From Eledone cirrhosa (lineage: Eukaryota), in the NCBI GenBank assembly GCA_964016885.1, contig OZ024741.1, forward strand, positions 32,922,001 to 32,986,000: a DNA stretch of 64,000 nt. The letters are read 5' to 3'. The position numbers were made by a program, and so were the translations under genes. This document shows positions 1 through 15,900 of this stretch, piece after piece; within the stretch, counting starts at the first letter, position 1, and the number at the start of each line of letters is the position of its first letter. Below the pieces are notes generated by a model that saw nothing but the letters and a program-made list of their open reading frames with translations, was not told the DNA's origin and ran no database searches.

Positions 1-3000
1 GTGTCTTCCAGTATATATATGTCTTACAGTATATATGTGTCTTACAGTATATATGTGTCTTCCAGTATATATATGTCTTACAGTATATATGTGTCTTACA
101 GTATATATGTGTCTTACAGTATATCTATGTCTTACAGTATATATGTGTCTTACAGTATATATATATGTGTCTTACAGTATACATGTGTCTTACAGTATCT
201 ATGTGTCTTACAGTATCTATGTGTCTTACAGTATATATATGTGTCTTACAGTATCTATGTGTCTTACAGTATATATGTGTCTTACAGTATATATGTGTCT
301 TACAGTATATATATGTGTCTTACAGTATATATGTGTCTTACAGTATATATATGTGTCTTACAGTATAGATGTGTCTTACAGTATATATGTGTCTTACAGT
401 ATATATATGTGTCTTACAGTATCTATGTGTCTTACAGTATATATGTGTCTTACAGTATATATATGTGTCTTACAGTATATATGTGTCTTACAGTATATAT
501 GTGTCTTACAGTATATATGTGTCTTACAGTATATATGTGTCTTACAGTATCTAAGTGTCTTACAGTATATATGTGTCTTACAGTATATATATGTGTCTTA
601 CAGTATATTTGTGTCTTACAGTATATATGTGTCTTACAGTATATATGTGTCTTACAGTATATATATGTCTTACAGTATATATATGTGTCTTACAGTATAT
701 ATGTGTCTTACAGTATATATATGTGTCTTACAGTATCTATGTCTCTTACAGTATATATGTGTCTTACAGTATATATATGTGTCTTACAGTATATATGTGT
801 CTTACAGTATATATGTGTCTTACAGTATATATATGTGTCTTACAGTATCTATGTGTCTTACAGTATGTATGTGTCTTACAGTATATATGTGTCTTACAGT
901 ATATATGTGTCTTACGGTATATATGTGTCTTACAGTATATCTATGTGTCTTACAGTATATATGTGTCTTACAGTATATATATGTGTCTTACAGTATATAT
1001 GTGTCTTACAGTATATATGTGTCTTACAGTATATATATGTGTCTTACAGTATATATGTGTCTTACAGTATATATGTGTCTTACAGTATATCTATGTGTCT
1101 TACAGTATATATGTGTCTTACAGTATATATATGTGTCTTACAGTATATATGTGTCTTACAGTATATATGTGTCTTACAGTATATCTATGTGTCTTACAGT
1201 ATATATGTGTCTTACAGTATATATATGTGTCTTACAGTATATATGTGTCTTACAGTATATATGTGTCTTACAGTATATATGTGTTTTACAGTATATATGT
1301 GTCTTACAGTATCTATGTGTCTTACAGTATATATGTGTCTTACAATATATATGTGTCTTACAGTATATATGTGTCTTACAGTATATATGTGTCTTACAGT
1401 ATATATGTGTCTTACAGTATATATGTCTCTTACAGTATATATATGTGTCTTACAGTATATATGTGTCTTACAGTATATATGTGTGTCTTACAGTATATAT
1501 GTGTCTTGCAGTATATATATGTGTCTTACAGTATATATGTGTCTTACAGTATATATGTGTCTTACAGTATATATGTGTCTTACAGTATATATGTGTCTTA
1601 CAGTATATATATGTGTCTTACAGTATATATGTGTCTTACAGTATATATATGTGTCTTACAGTATATATGTGTCTTACAGTATATATGTGTCTTACAATAT
1701 ATATGTGTCTTACAGTATATATGTGTCTTACAGTATATATGTGTCTTACAGTATATATGTGTCTTACAGTATCTAAGTGTCTTACAGTATATATGTGTCT
1801 TACAGTATATATATGTGTCTTACAGTATATTTGTGTCTTACAGTATATATGTGTCTTACAGTATATATGTGTCTTACAGTATATATATGTCTTACAGTAT
1901 ATATATGTCTTACAGTATATATGTGTCTTACAGTATATATATGTCTTACAGTATATATGTGTCTTACAGTATATATGTGTCTTCCAGTATATATATGTCT
2001 TACAGTATATATGTGTCTTACAGTTTATATGTGTCTTTCAGTATATATGTGTCTTACAGTATCTATGTGTCTTACAGTATATATGTGTCTTACAGTATAT
2101 ATATGTGTCTTACAGTATATATGTGTCTTACAGTATATATGTGTCTTACAGTATATATGTGTCTTACAGTATATATATGTCTTACAGTATATATATGTCT
2201 TACAGTATATATGTGTCTTACAGTATATATATGTCTTACAGTATATATGTGTCTTACAGTATATATGTGTCTTCCAGTATATATATGTCTTACAGTATAT
2301 ATGTGTCTTACAGTATATATGTGTCTTACAGTATATATGTGTCTTACAGTATCTATGTGTCTTACAGTATATATGTGTCTTCCAGTATATATATGTCTTA
2401 CAGTATATATGTGTCTTACAGTATATATGTCTCTTCCAGTATATATATGTCTTACAGTATATATGTGTCTTACAGTATATATGTGTCTTACAGTATATCT
2501 ATGTCTTACAGTATATATGTGTCTTACAGTATATATATATGTGTCTTACAGTATATGTGTCTTACAGTATATATGTGTGTTACAGTATATATGTGTCTTA
2601 CAGTATATATGTGTCTTACAGTATATACGTGTCTTACAGTATATATATGTCTTACAGTATATATGTGTCTTACAGTATATACGTGTCTTACAGTATATAT
2701 GTGTGTGTTACAGTATATATATGTGTCTTACAGTATATATGTGTCTTACAGTATATATATGTGTCTTACAGTATATATGTGTCTTACAGTATATATGTGT
2801 CTTACAGTATATATATTTGTCTTACAGTATATATGTGTCTTACAGTATATATCTGTCTTACAGTATCTATGTGTCTTACAGTATATATGTGTCTTACAGT
2901 ATATATATGTCTTACAGTATATATATGTCTTACTGTATATACGTGTCTTACAGTATATATGTGTCTTACAGTATATATATGTGTCTTACAGTATATATGT

Positions 3001-6000
3001 GTCTTATAGTATATATGTGTCTTACAGTATATATCTGTCTTACAGTATATATGTGTCTTACAGTATATATGTGTCTTACAGTATATATCTGTCTTACAGT
3101 ATATATGTGTCTTACAGTATATATGTGTCTTACAGTATATATGTGTCTTACAATATATATGTGTCTTACAGTATATATGTGTCTTACAGTATATATGTGT
3201 CTTACAGTATATATGTGTCTTACAGTATATATGTGTTTTACAGTATATATGTGTCTTAGAGTATATATATGTGTCTTACAGTATCTATGTGTCTTACAGT
3301 ATCTATGTGTCTTACAGTATATATATGTGTCTTACAGTATCTATGTGTCTTACAGTATATATGTGTCTTACAGTATATATGTGTCTTACAGTATATATAT
3401 GTGTCTTACAGTATATATGTGTCTTACAGTATATATATGTGTCTTACAGTATAGATGTGTCTTACAGTATATATGTGTCTTACAGTATATATATGTGTCT
3501 TACAGTATCTAAGTGTCTTACAGTATATATGTGTCTTACAGTATATATATATGTGTCTTACAGTATATATGTGTCTTACAGTATATATATGTGTCTTACA
3601 GTATCTATGTGTCTTACAGTATGTATGTGTCTTACAGTATATATGTGTCTTACAGTATATATGTGTCTTACAGTATATATGTGTCTTACAGTATATATGT
3701 GTCTTACAGTATCTAAGTGTCTTACAGTATATATGTGTCTTACAGTATATATATGTGTCTTACAGTATATTTGTGTCTTACAGTATATACGTGTCTTACA
3801 GTATATATGTGTCTTACAGTATATATGTGTCTTACAGTATATATGTGTCTTACAGTATATATGTGTCTTACAGTGTATATGTGTCTTACAATATATATGT
3901 GTCTTACAGTATATATGTGTCTTACAGTATATATATGTGTCTTACAGTATATATGTGTCTTACAGTATATACGTGTCTTACAGTATATATGTGTCTTACA
4001 GTATATATATGTGTCTTACAGTATATATGTGTCTTATAGTATATATGTGTCTTACAGTATATATCTGTCTTACAGTATATATGTGTCTTACAGTATATAT
4101 GTGTCTTACAGTATATATCTGTCTTACAGTATATATGTGTCTTACAGTATATATGTCTCTTACAGTATATATGTGTCTTACAATATATATGTGTCTTACA
4201 GTATATATGTGCCTTACAGTATATATGTGTCTTACAGTATATATGTGTCTTACAGTATATATGTGTCTTACAGTATATATGTGTCTTACAGTATATATAT
4301 GTGTCTTACAGTATCTATGTGTCTTACAGTATATATGTGTCTTACAGTATATATATGTGTCTTACAGTATCTATGTGTCTTACAGTATCTATGTGTCTTA
4401 CAGTATATATGTGTCTTACAGTATATATGTGTCTTACAGTATATATATGTGTCTTACAGTATATATGTGTCTTACAGTATATATATGTGTCTTACAGTAT
4501 AGATGTGTCTTACAGTATATATGTGTCTTACAGTATATATATGTGTCTTACAGTATCTATGTCTCTTACAGTATATATGTGTCTTACAGTATATATATGT
4601 GTGTCTTACAGTATATATGTGTCTTACAGTATATATGTGTCTTACAGTATATATATGTGTCTTACAGTATCTATGTGTCTTACAGTATGTATGTGTCTTA
4701 CAGTATATATGTGTCTTACAGTATATATGTGTCTTACGGTATATATGTGTCTTACAGTATATCTATGTGTCTTACAGTATATATGTGTCTTACAGTATAT
4801 ATATGTGTCTTACAGTATATATGTGTCTTACAGTATATATGTGTCTTACAGTATATATATGTGTCTTACAGTATATATGTGTCTTACAGTATATATGTGT
4901 CTTACAGTATATCTATGTGTCTTACAGTATATATGTGTCTTACAGTATATATATGTGTCTTACAGTATATATGTGTCTTACAGTATATATGTGTCTTACA
5001 GTATATCTATGTGTCTTACAGTATATATGTGTCTTACAGTATATATATGTGTCTTACAGTATATATGTGTCTTACAGTATATATGTGTCTTACAGTATAT
5101 ATGTGTCTTACAGTATATATGTGTCTTACAGTATCTATGTGTCTTACAGTATATATGTGTCTTACAATATATATGTGTCTTACAGTATATATGTGTCTTA
5201 CAGTATATATGTGTCTTACAGTATATATGTGTCTTACAGTATATATGTCTCTTACAGTATATATATGTGTCTTACAATATATATGTGTCTTACAGTATAT
5301 ATGTGTGTCTTACAGTATATATGTGTCTTGCAGTATATATATGTGTCTTACAGTATATATGTGTCTTACAGTATATATGTGTCTTACAGTATATATGTGT
5401 CTTACAGTATATATGTGTCTTACAGTATATATATGTGTCTTACAGTATTTATGTGTCTTACAGTATATATATGTGTCTTACAGTATATATGTGTCTTACA
5501 GTATATATGTGTCTTACAATATATATGTGTCTTACAGTATATATGTGTCTTACAGTATATATGTGTCTTACAGTATATATGTGTCTTACAGTATATATGT
5601 GTCTTACAGTATCTAAGTGTCTTACAGTATATATGTGTCTTACAGTATATATATGTGTCTTACAGTATATTTGTGTCTTACAGTATATATGTGTCTTACA
5701 GTATATATGTGTCTTACAGTATATATATGTCTTACAGTATATATATGTCTTACAGTATATATGTGTCTTACAGTATATATATGTCTTACAGTATATATGT
5801 GTCTTACAGTATATATGTGTCTTCCAGTATATATATGTCTTACAGTATATATGTGTCTTACAGTTTATATGTGTCTCTCAGTATATATGTGTCTTACAGT
5901 ATCTATGTGTCTTACAGTATATATGTGTCTTACAGTATATATATGTGTCTTACAGTATATATGTGTCTTACAGTATATATGTGTCTTACAGTATATATGT

Positions 6001-9000
6001 GTCTTACAGTATATATATGTCTTACAGTATATATATGTCTTACAGTATATATGTGTCTTACAGTATTTATATGTCTTACAGTATATATGTGTCTTACAGT
6101 ATATGTGTGTCTTCCAGTATATATATGTCTTACAGTATATATGTGTCTTACAGTATATATGTGTCTTACAGTATATATGTGTCTTACAGTATCTATGTGT
6201 CTTACAGTATATATGTGTCTTCCAGTATATATATGTCTTACAGTATATATGTGTCTTACAGTATATATGTGTCTTCCAGTATATATATGTCTTACAGTAT
6301 ATATGTGTCTTACAGTATATATGTGTCTTACAGTATATCTATGTCTTACAGTATATATGTGTCTTACAGTATATATATATGTGTCTTACAGTATATATGT
6401 GTCTTACAGTATATATGTGTCTTACAGTATATATGTGTCTTACAGTATATATGTGTCTTACAGTATATACGTGTCTTACAGTATATATATGTCTTACAGT
6501 ATATATGTGTTTTACAGTATATACGTGTCTTACAGTATATATGTGTGTTACAGTATATATATGTGTCTTACAGTATATATGTGTCTTACAGTATATATAT
6601 GTGTCTTACAGTATATATGTGTCTTACAGTATATATGTGTCTTACAGTATATATATGTGTCTTACAGTATATATGTGTCTTACAGTATATATCTGTCTTA
6701 CAGTATCTATGTGTCTTACAGTATATATGTGTCTTACAGTATATATATGTCTTACAGTATATATGTGTCTTACAGTATATACGTGTCTTACAGTATATAT
6801 GTGTCTTACAGTATATATATGTGTCTTACAGTATATATGTGTCTTATAGTATATATGTGTCTTACAGTATATATCTGTCTTACAGTATATATGTGTCTTA
6901 CAGTATATATGTGTCTTACAGTATATATCTGTCTTACAGTATATATGTGTCTTACAGTATATATGTGTCTTACAGTATATATGTGTCTTACAATATATAT
7001 GTGTCTTACAGTATATATGTGTCTTACAGTATATATGTGTCTTACAGTATATATGTGTCTTACAGTATATATGTGTCTTACAGTATATATGTGTCTTAGA
7101 GTATATATATGTGTCTTACAGTATCTATGTGTCTTACAGTATCTATGTGTCTTACAGTATATATATGTGTCTTACAGTATCTATGTGTCTTACAGTATAT
7201 ATGTGTCTTACAGTATATATGTGTCTTACAGTATATATATGTGTCTTACAGTATATATGTGTCTTACAGTATATATATGTGTCTTACAGTATAGATGTGT
7301 CTTACAGTATATATGTGTCTTACAGTATATATATGTGTCTTACAGTATCTATGTGTCTTAGAGTATATATGTGTCTTACAGTATATATGTGTCTTACAGT
7401 ATATATATGTGTCTTACAGTATCTATGTGTCTTACAGTATGTATGTGTCTTACAGTATATATGTGTCTTACAGTATATATGTGTCTTACAGTATATATGT
7501 GTCTTACAGTATATATGTGTCTTACAGTATCTAAGTGTCTTACAGTATATATGTGTCTTACAGTATATATATGTGTCTTACAGTATATTTGTGTCTTACA
7601 GTATATATGTGTCTTACAGTATATATGTGTCTTACAGTATATATATGTCTTACAGTATATATATGTCTTACAGTATATATGTGTCTTACAGTATATATAT
7701 GTCTTACAGTATATATGTGTCTTACAGTATATATGTGTCTTCCAGTATATATATGTCTTACAGTATATATGTGTCTTACAGTTTATATGTGTCTTTCAGT
7801 ATATATGTGTCTTACAGTATCTATGTGTCTTACAGTATATATGTGTCTTACAGTATATATATGTGTCTTACAGTATATATGTGTCTTACAGTATATATGT
7901 GTCTTACAGTATATATGTGTCTTACAGTATATATATGTCTTACAGTATATATATGTCTTACAGTATATATGTGTCTTACAGTATATATACGTCTTACAGT
8001 ATATATGTGTCTTACAGTATATATGTGTCTTCCAGTATATATATGTCTTACAGTATATATGTGTCTTACAGTATATATGTGTCTTACAGTATATATGTGT
8101 CTTACAGTATCTATGTGTCTTACAGTATATATGTGTCTTCCAGTATATATATGTCTTACAGTATATATGTGTCTTACAGTATATATGTGTCTTCCAGTAT
8201 ATATATGTCTTACAGTATATATGTGTCTTACAGTATATATGTGTCTTACAGTATATCTATGTCTTACAGTATATATGTGTCTTACAGTATATATATATGT
8301 GTCTTACAGTATACATGTGTCTTACAGTATCTATGTGTCTTACAGTATCTATGTGTCTTACAGTATATATATGTGTCTTACAGTATCTATGTGTCTTACA
8401 GTATATATGTGTCTTACAGTATATATGTGTCTTACAGTATATATATGTGTCTTACAGTATATATGTGTCTTACAGTATATATATGTGTCTTACAGTATAG
8501 ATGTGTCTTACAGTATATATGTGTCTTACAGTATATATATGTGTCTTACAGTATCTATGTGTCTTACAGTATATATGTGTCTTACAGTATATATATGTGT
8601 CTTACAGTATATATGTGTCTTACAGTATATATGTGTCTTACAGTATATATGTGTCTTACAGTATATATGTGTCTTACAGTATCTAAGTGTCTTACAGTAT
8701 ATATGTGTCTTACAGTATATATATGTGTCTTACAGTATATTTGTGTCTTACAGTATATATGTGTCTTACAGTATATATGTGTCTTACAGTATATATATGT
8801 CTTACAGTATATATATGTCTTACAGTATATATGTGTCTTACAGTATATATATGTCTTACAGTATATATGTGTCTTACAGTATATATGTGTCTTCCAGTAT
8901 ATATATGTCTTACAGTATATATCTGTCTTACAGTTTATATGTGTCTTTCAGTATATATGTGTCTTACAGTATCTATGTGTCTTACAGTATATATGTGTCT

Positions 9001-11660
9001 TACAGTATATATATGTGTCTTACAGTATATATGTGTCTTACAGTATATATGTGTCTTACAGTATATATGTGTCTTACAGTATATATATGTCTTACAGTAT
9101 ATATATGTCTTACAGTATATATGTGTCTTACAGTATATATATGTCTTACAGTATATATGTGTCTTACAGTATATATGTGTCTTCCAGTATATATATGTCT
9201 TACAGTATATATGTGTCTTACAGTATATATGTGTCTTACAGTATATATGTGTCTTACAGTATCTATGTGTCTTACAGTATATATGTGTCTTCCAGTATAT
9301 ATATGTCTTACAGTATATATGTGTCTTACAGTATATATGTGTCTTCCAGTATATATATGTCTTACAGTATATATGTGTCTTACAGTATATATGTGTCTTA
9401 CAGTATATCTATGTCTTACAGTATATATGTGTCTTACAGTATATATATATGGGTCTTACAGTATACATGTGTCTTACAGTATCTATGTGTCTTACAGTAT
9501 CTATGTGTCTTACAGTATATATATGTGTCTTACAGTATCTATGTGTCTTACAGTATATATGTGTCTTACAGTATATATGTGTCTTACAGTATATATATGT
9601 GTCTTACAGTATATATGTGTCTTACAGTATATATATGTGTCTTACAGTATAGATGTGTCTTACAGTATATATGTGTCTTACAGTATATATATGTGTCTTA
9701 CAGTATCTATGTGTCTTACAGTATATATGTGTCTTACAGTATATATGTGTCTTACAGTATATATGTGTCTTACAGTATATATATGTGTCTTACAGTATCT
9801 ATGTGTCTTACAGTATGTATGTGTCTTACAGTATATATGTGTCTTACAGTATATATGTGTCTTACGGTATATATGTGTCTTACAGTATATCTATGTGTCT
9901 TACAGTATATATGTGTCTTACAGTATATATATGTGTCTTACAGTATATATGTGTCTTACAGTATATATGTGTCTTACAGTATATATATGTGTCTTACAGT
10001 ATATATGTGTCTTACAGTATATTTGTGTCTTACAGTATATCTATGTGTCTTACAGTATATATGTGTCTTACAGTATATATATGTGTCTTACAGTATATGT
10101 GTGTCTTACAGTATATATGTGTCTTACAGTATATCTATGTGTCTTACAGTATATATGTGTCTTACAGTATATATATGTGTCTTACAGTATATATGTGTCT
10201 TACAGTATATATGTGTCTTACAGTATATATGTGTCTTACAGTATATATGTGTCTTACAGTATCTATGTGTCTTACAGTATATATGTGTCTTACAATATAT
10301 ATGTGTCTTACAGTATATATGTGTCTTACAGTATATATGTGTCTTACAGTATATATGTGTCTTACAGTATATATGTGTCTTACAGTATATATATGTATCT
10401 TACAGTATATATGTGTCTTACAGTATATATGTGTGTCTTACAGTATATATGTGTCTTGCAGTATATATATGTGTCTTACAGTATATATGTGTCTTACAGT
10501 ATATATGTTTCTTACAGTATATATGTGTCTTACAGTATATATGTGTCTTACAGTATATATATGTGTCTTACAGTATATATGTGTCTTACAGTATATATAT
10601 GTGTCTTACAGTATATATGTGTCTTACAGTATATATGTGTCTTACAATATATATGTGTCTTACAGTATATATGTGTCTTACAGTATATATGTGTCTTACA
10701 GTATATATGTGTCTTACAGTATATATGTGTCTTACAGTATCTAAGTGTCTTACAGTATATATGTGTCTTACAGTATATATATGTGTCTTACAGTATATTT
10801 GTGTCTTACAGTATATATGTGTCTTACAGTATATATGTGTCTTACAGTATATATATGTCTTACAGTATATATATGTCTTACAGTATATATGTGTCTTACA
10901 GTATATATGTGTCTTCCAGTATATATATGTCTTACAGTATATATGTGTCTTACAGTTTATATGTGTCTTTCAGTATATATGTGTCTTACAGTATCTATGT
11001 GTCTTACAGTATATATGTGTCTTCCACTATATATATGTCTTACAGTATATATGTGTCTTAAAGTATATATGTGTCTTCCAGTATATATATGTCTTACAGT
11101 ATATATGTGTCTTACAGTATATATGTGTCTTACAGTATATATATGTGTCTTACAGTATATATGTGTCTTACAGTATATATATGTGTCTTACAGTATATAT
11201 GTGTCTTACAGTATATATGTGTCTTACAGTATATATATGTGTCTTACAGTATATATGTGTCTTACAGTATATATGTGTCTTACAGTATATATGTGTCTTA
11301 CAGTATATATGTGTCTTAAAGTATATATGTGTCTTACAGTATATATATGTGTCTTACAGTATATATGTGTCTTAAAGTATATATGTGTCTTCCAGTATAT
11401 ATATGTCTTACAGTATATATGTGTCTTACAGTATATATGTGTCTTACAGTATATATATGTGTCTTACAGTATATATGTGTCTTACAGTATATATATGTGT
11501 CTTACAGTATATATGTGTCTTACAGTATATATGTGTCTTACAGTATATATATGTGTCTTACAGTATATATGTGTCTTACAGTATATATGTGTCTTACAGT
11601 ATATATATGTGTCTTACAGTATATATGTGTCTTACAGTATATATGTGTCTTACAGTATAT
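1..11660. repeat. Satellite array, 18-bp unit GTGTCTTACAGTATATAT with 20-bp (+AT) and point variants; open at the window start
   Basis: Unit seen continuously for 11.6 kb. The + strand unit has no stop in any frame, which explains the VSYSIY/MCLTVY/CVLQYI ORFs. Confidence 0.98.
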
Positions 11661-11669
11661 TATCAATAA

Positions 11670-12873
11670 TAATGAAAGACCAATTGGCGGCACAGAAATA
11701 TTCTGTGTCGCCAATTGTGTCCCCCCTCTACACCTTTTTCCCCACATAGATAGGAAAAAGGATCCAACAAATAAAAATAACAAACATCACACCAAATGTA
11801 AACATCTGGCGGATATTAGCTGGTTTCATCAGTTTTGATGACGATACAGTAATGTCGGTAGGAAAGGCTCCAGGGGCATATTCAACGGTACAAGCTTAGA
11901 AGTTATGGTCCAAATGAGACCAGAACGGATAGCTAGAATACCACAACCTGTGCCTCTGGATGGAAATTCCTACATAAACATTTCTGTTGAGGGTAGGCGG
12001 CCTTCATGTTACAACTGTTTAAGCTGTGGTCACCTGAGGGCTTCCTGTCCTCAATTAACTGCATTAAAAAAAAGGCACTACTGCCGACACCCAACACAAC
12101 AACACAACCACCACCACCACAACAACAACACACAAAGACAAACCAAACTGCAAACACAGTCCCACCCAACCCCTCCCCACCTTAAACAACTCCAGAAACA
12201 CCCACACACATAACAGCTCCTCAAAATGTACCCCTCCCCAACAACACGGATGAGGCCTCATCATCGTCACCCAGTGAGGATGAGGGAGAGCCTTTCCGAC
12301 CAGTAAAAAGAAAAAAGAAAAGACATAACACAAACAAAAATGCAACAAACACACAAACACCAATACAAGCGACGCAAACAGCACAAACAAAAACACCCCC
12401 TCCTGAAAACAAAACACCTACTACAAAACGTAAACACGCACAAGAACCACAGAAAAAAATCAACACAACACAACAAAAATGTTACACCTACATAAGTACT
12501 AACAATAAAACTTTAACAGACACCACATATAAAAACCCTTCGGTGGGGACCGAAGGGAAAAACTTTTACACACTCTGTGGAGAATCCTAATCTTAAACTG
12601 ATTAGAATCTCCATGGACACACATAAAGAGTTAAAAGAAAAATTTCCTAACGACTTAGGTAACCCCTGCGTCAAACCCTATAACCGCGTCCTTTTTAAAT
12701 GTTCCCCCCCCCCTATCCCAGACACTCCCACCCCATACACTCCCACCCCATACACCCCCACCCCACATGACACCCCCTACCCAACAAACACCTCCGCCCC
12801 CACCCCACCAAACAACCCCTCCAACACCCCCATGGAAATTGTGCAGCCTGGTCCCCAGGAGACGAAGAGGTGA
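11670..12873 (+). pseudogene. ORF1 (gag-like, CCHC zinc knuckle, Pro/Thr-rich) of Tx1-like copy 1, frameshifted
   Basis: ORFs 11905-12213 and 12577-12873 align by eye to ORF1 of copy 3 (INISVEGR, GNPC.KP.NRVL.KC, QETKR). Confidence 0.85.
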
Positions 12874-12910
12874 GTGATTTCTTTTCCTCTTTTAACTTTT
12901 CAGCACCAAC

Positions 12911-15900
12911 ATGGCCAATATGAGAGTTGGATGTCTGAATGTACGCGGCCTGGGGATGCCCTGGAAACAGGGTAAACTCTTAAACGACCTCAGGTCGCAC
13001 AGTATGGATGTAGTAGCCATTTGCGAGTCTAGGATCCACAGCGAGCGACAACTGGCCCCCATCTTCGACAACTTTGAGATCTACGCATCTCCCTGTCAGC
13101 CGGGAGGTGGGGGTGGTGTTGCCGTTTTGCTGCGGAAACACCTGGACCTCGTAACACAGACGGTACATCTGGACCCGGAGAGTCGACTGGTGGTCCTAGT
13201 CGTTGGCGGTAGAGAAGGTGGAGCCTTCAGGCTGGTGGCCTCATATGCCCCATCCGGGACACCGCGGCCAGGCTTCTTCAAACGTCTAGAGACTTTTCTG
13301 GGAACGTACCGCTCCCTGCTGTTAGTGGGGGACTGGAATGGAATCCTAGATGCACGTTGGGACTATGTGGGAGCATGTCCCGATGAGGGGGGTGTAACAG
13401 CCTCAAACAGTTAATCGGCCGATTTGACCTGGCCGATAGATATCGACTAGATTTTCCAACTGTGCCACTGTGGACGTGGACTAATCGTAACGGAACATCT
13501 AGATCGTACCTAGGGAGGGTTCTAGTTAGAAAGAAGGATAGGGACATGTTAAGCTGTACACAAATGTTCATGGTTGCCTATTCAGATCACAAACTAGTGA
13601 CCTGCTTAGTCAACCTTGACAAAATCCATAGACAGGGACCCGGCTACTGGAAGCTGAACTTGTCGTTACCGACATGCAAAGCCTACAGTAGACGGATTAG
13701 CACTTTAGTTAAGCAGCACTTGACGGGGGCCATTGTCAACAACAGATGGTGGTACTCTCTCAAGAGGGCAGTTAAATTAGAGTCGATAGGTTTTAGTAAA
13801 CAATTAGTGTTAGATAGAAATAAGACCGAAAAGGAACTGGTAGATGAAATAGAAGAGGCACTTAGGAGTGGCAACGTAGCCAGCGTGCTAGCGACGAGAA
13901 CGGCCTTGGACCAGTTCTTCGGCGCAAAGCATGAAGGCTGCGTTGTCAGAAGCAAAATACGTGCTCTGGGAAACGAGCGAGCCAAAGCTGTTAGCTGGAC
14001 CCGAGTGACGGAGGCGAAAAGTGGCAACAAGTCCACGATTCGGTCTTTGAAGCCCCAAGACGGACGCGATACGTGAGCCGAAGCAAATGTGCGCGGCCTT
14101 TCAGCGGCACTTTGCTCAAATGTGTGGGCAGAGCAGCGCGCTGGGAGGGGCTATGGATTTCGGTTCATACCTCGACGGCCTACCGCGACTCTCGGACAGC
14201 GAGGCGAAGTTCTGCGAAAGGCCGATTTCGGCCGCTGAGATAGGGGACCCGATGAGCCAATGCGGCAAAGGCAAATCTCCAGGTCTCGACGGTCTACCCT
14301 ACGAAATTTACGTAGCAATGCCGGACTTGTTCTCCGGTCTCCTGGAAGCGGTCTACTGCAACTGACAGCAGAACGGGAGAATTCCCAGTTCTGTGACCAA
14401 TGGCGTAATCACGTTAGTCAGGAAGGACGAGAACAAGGGGGATGACATAGGAAACTTCCGCCCCATAACTCTGCTCAACACAGAGTTACAGATTTTGGCC
14501 AATGTGTTGGCAAAGAGGCTGGCGCTTGTCGTCAAAAACCTGGTGGGAGGAGCGCAGACATGCGCAATCCCGACCAGGTCCATACACGACAACCTCCACC
14601 CCATGCGATACATCATAGAGAGGGTAGGTTGAAAACCCGGCTTCGGTGGGGACCTGATCAACTTGGATCAGTCTAAGGCTTTCTATAGGGTTGACCATCA
14701 TTACCTGGATGCGGTGCTCGAGGCGGCAGGCTTCGGTCCCACGTTCAGCGTTCAGGGGTGGATTGCTGCAACACACAACAGCAACATCTGCTCAAGTGTC
14801 AAGGTGAACGGCTACCTCTGGGAGCCGTTCCATATCACGCGATCCATCCAACAGGGATGCCCTCTCTCCTCCCTTATGTACGTACTGACACTCGAGCCAC
14901 TACTGCGGAAGCTGGAGCTATTGCAGAGCATCCCTTTCGAACCAGGACTGCGAAAAGAAGCATCGGCCTACGCCGACGACGTGACAGAAATGGTGTTGAC
15001 CACCTCTCAAATAAGGGAGATCGGCACCTTACTGGGGGCATACGAAAGGTTCACAGGAGCGAAGCTGAACCGGAACAAATCAGTCGGTTTGTAACTCGGA
15101 ACGTGGAGAGGCAAACCGATGCCTTCCGATGACGTCGTCAGACGCAGGACGGAAGTACCGGTAAAGCTGCTCGGGGTCTGGTTTGGTCCTGACCTCCAGG
15201 TGGAGAAGAACTGGAACGATGTGACGGCCAAGGTGTTTGCGCTCACCCAGAAGTGGGCCGAGTGCAAACTATTCTTGAAAGGTCGAGCGGAGGTGGCAAA
15301 CACTTTTATAGCGTCCGTCATCTACTACCGCTTGACCGTCGTGCCTTGTCCAGCCAAAACTCTCACCAAAATGAAGCGCTCGCTCTTCCAATTCCTTTGG
15401 AAGAAACTGGCGCCTTTGGTGAGAAGATCCATCTGCTGCCAACACCCTTCAAATGGAGGGCTGGGGATGCCGTGACTGACCATGCGCAAACACGCGCTCA
15501 GGCTGCGGCACCTCCACGTATTCCTCACCGGACAACCGGTGTGGGCCCCGTTCGTGAGGCGAGCCTCCCACGACTCGTCTCGCTGACCGAGCTGCAGTCC
15601 TGCGTCAAGCAAAGACCGAGGAAAATGGGCAACTGGCATTTCGACTGTGCTCAGGCGTTCACAGTCCTCTGGCAAACGGACCCGGCGATCAGTGGAGACT
15701 CCACTTCGTCATTCGGAGAAACTCTAGAGGACGAACTGGCCAGTATGTTCGGTAGGACCTTCCGCCCGGGACCGATGGACAACTTCCAAAAGTCCCTGGC
15801 TTGGCAGTGCTACCGAGGAGCTCTGTCAGTTCGAGACAAGCTCTACAGACACGGTTTCCCGGGCAGGGACCCTTCGAAAAAGATCTGTCGGAGATGCGTG

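Noticed and set aside
1-11660. CRISPR-like repeat/spacer or telomere array
   Set aside because: No unique spacers, no cas genes, and not a G-rich telomere unit.
1-11838. Very long ORFs (up to 1334 aa) in all three + frames
   Set aside because: Translation of a stop-free 18-bp satellite; no coding signal.
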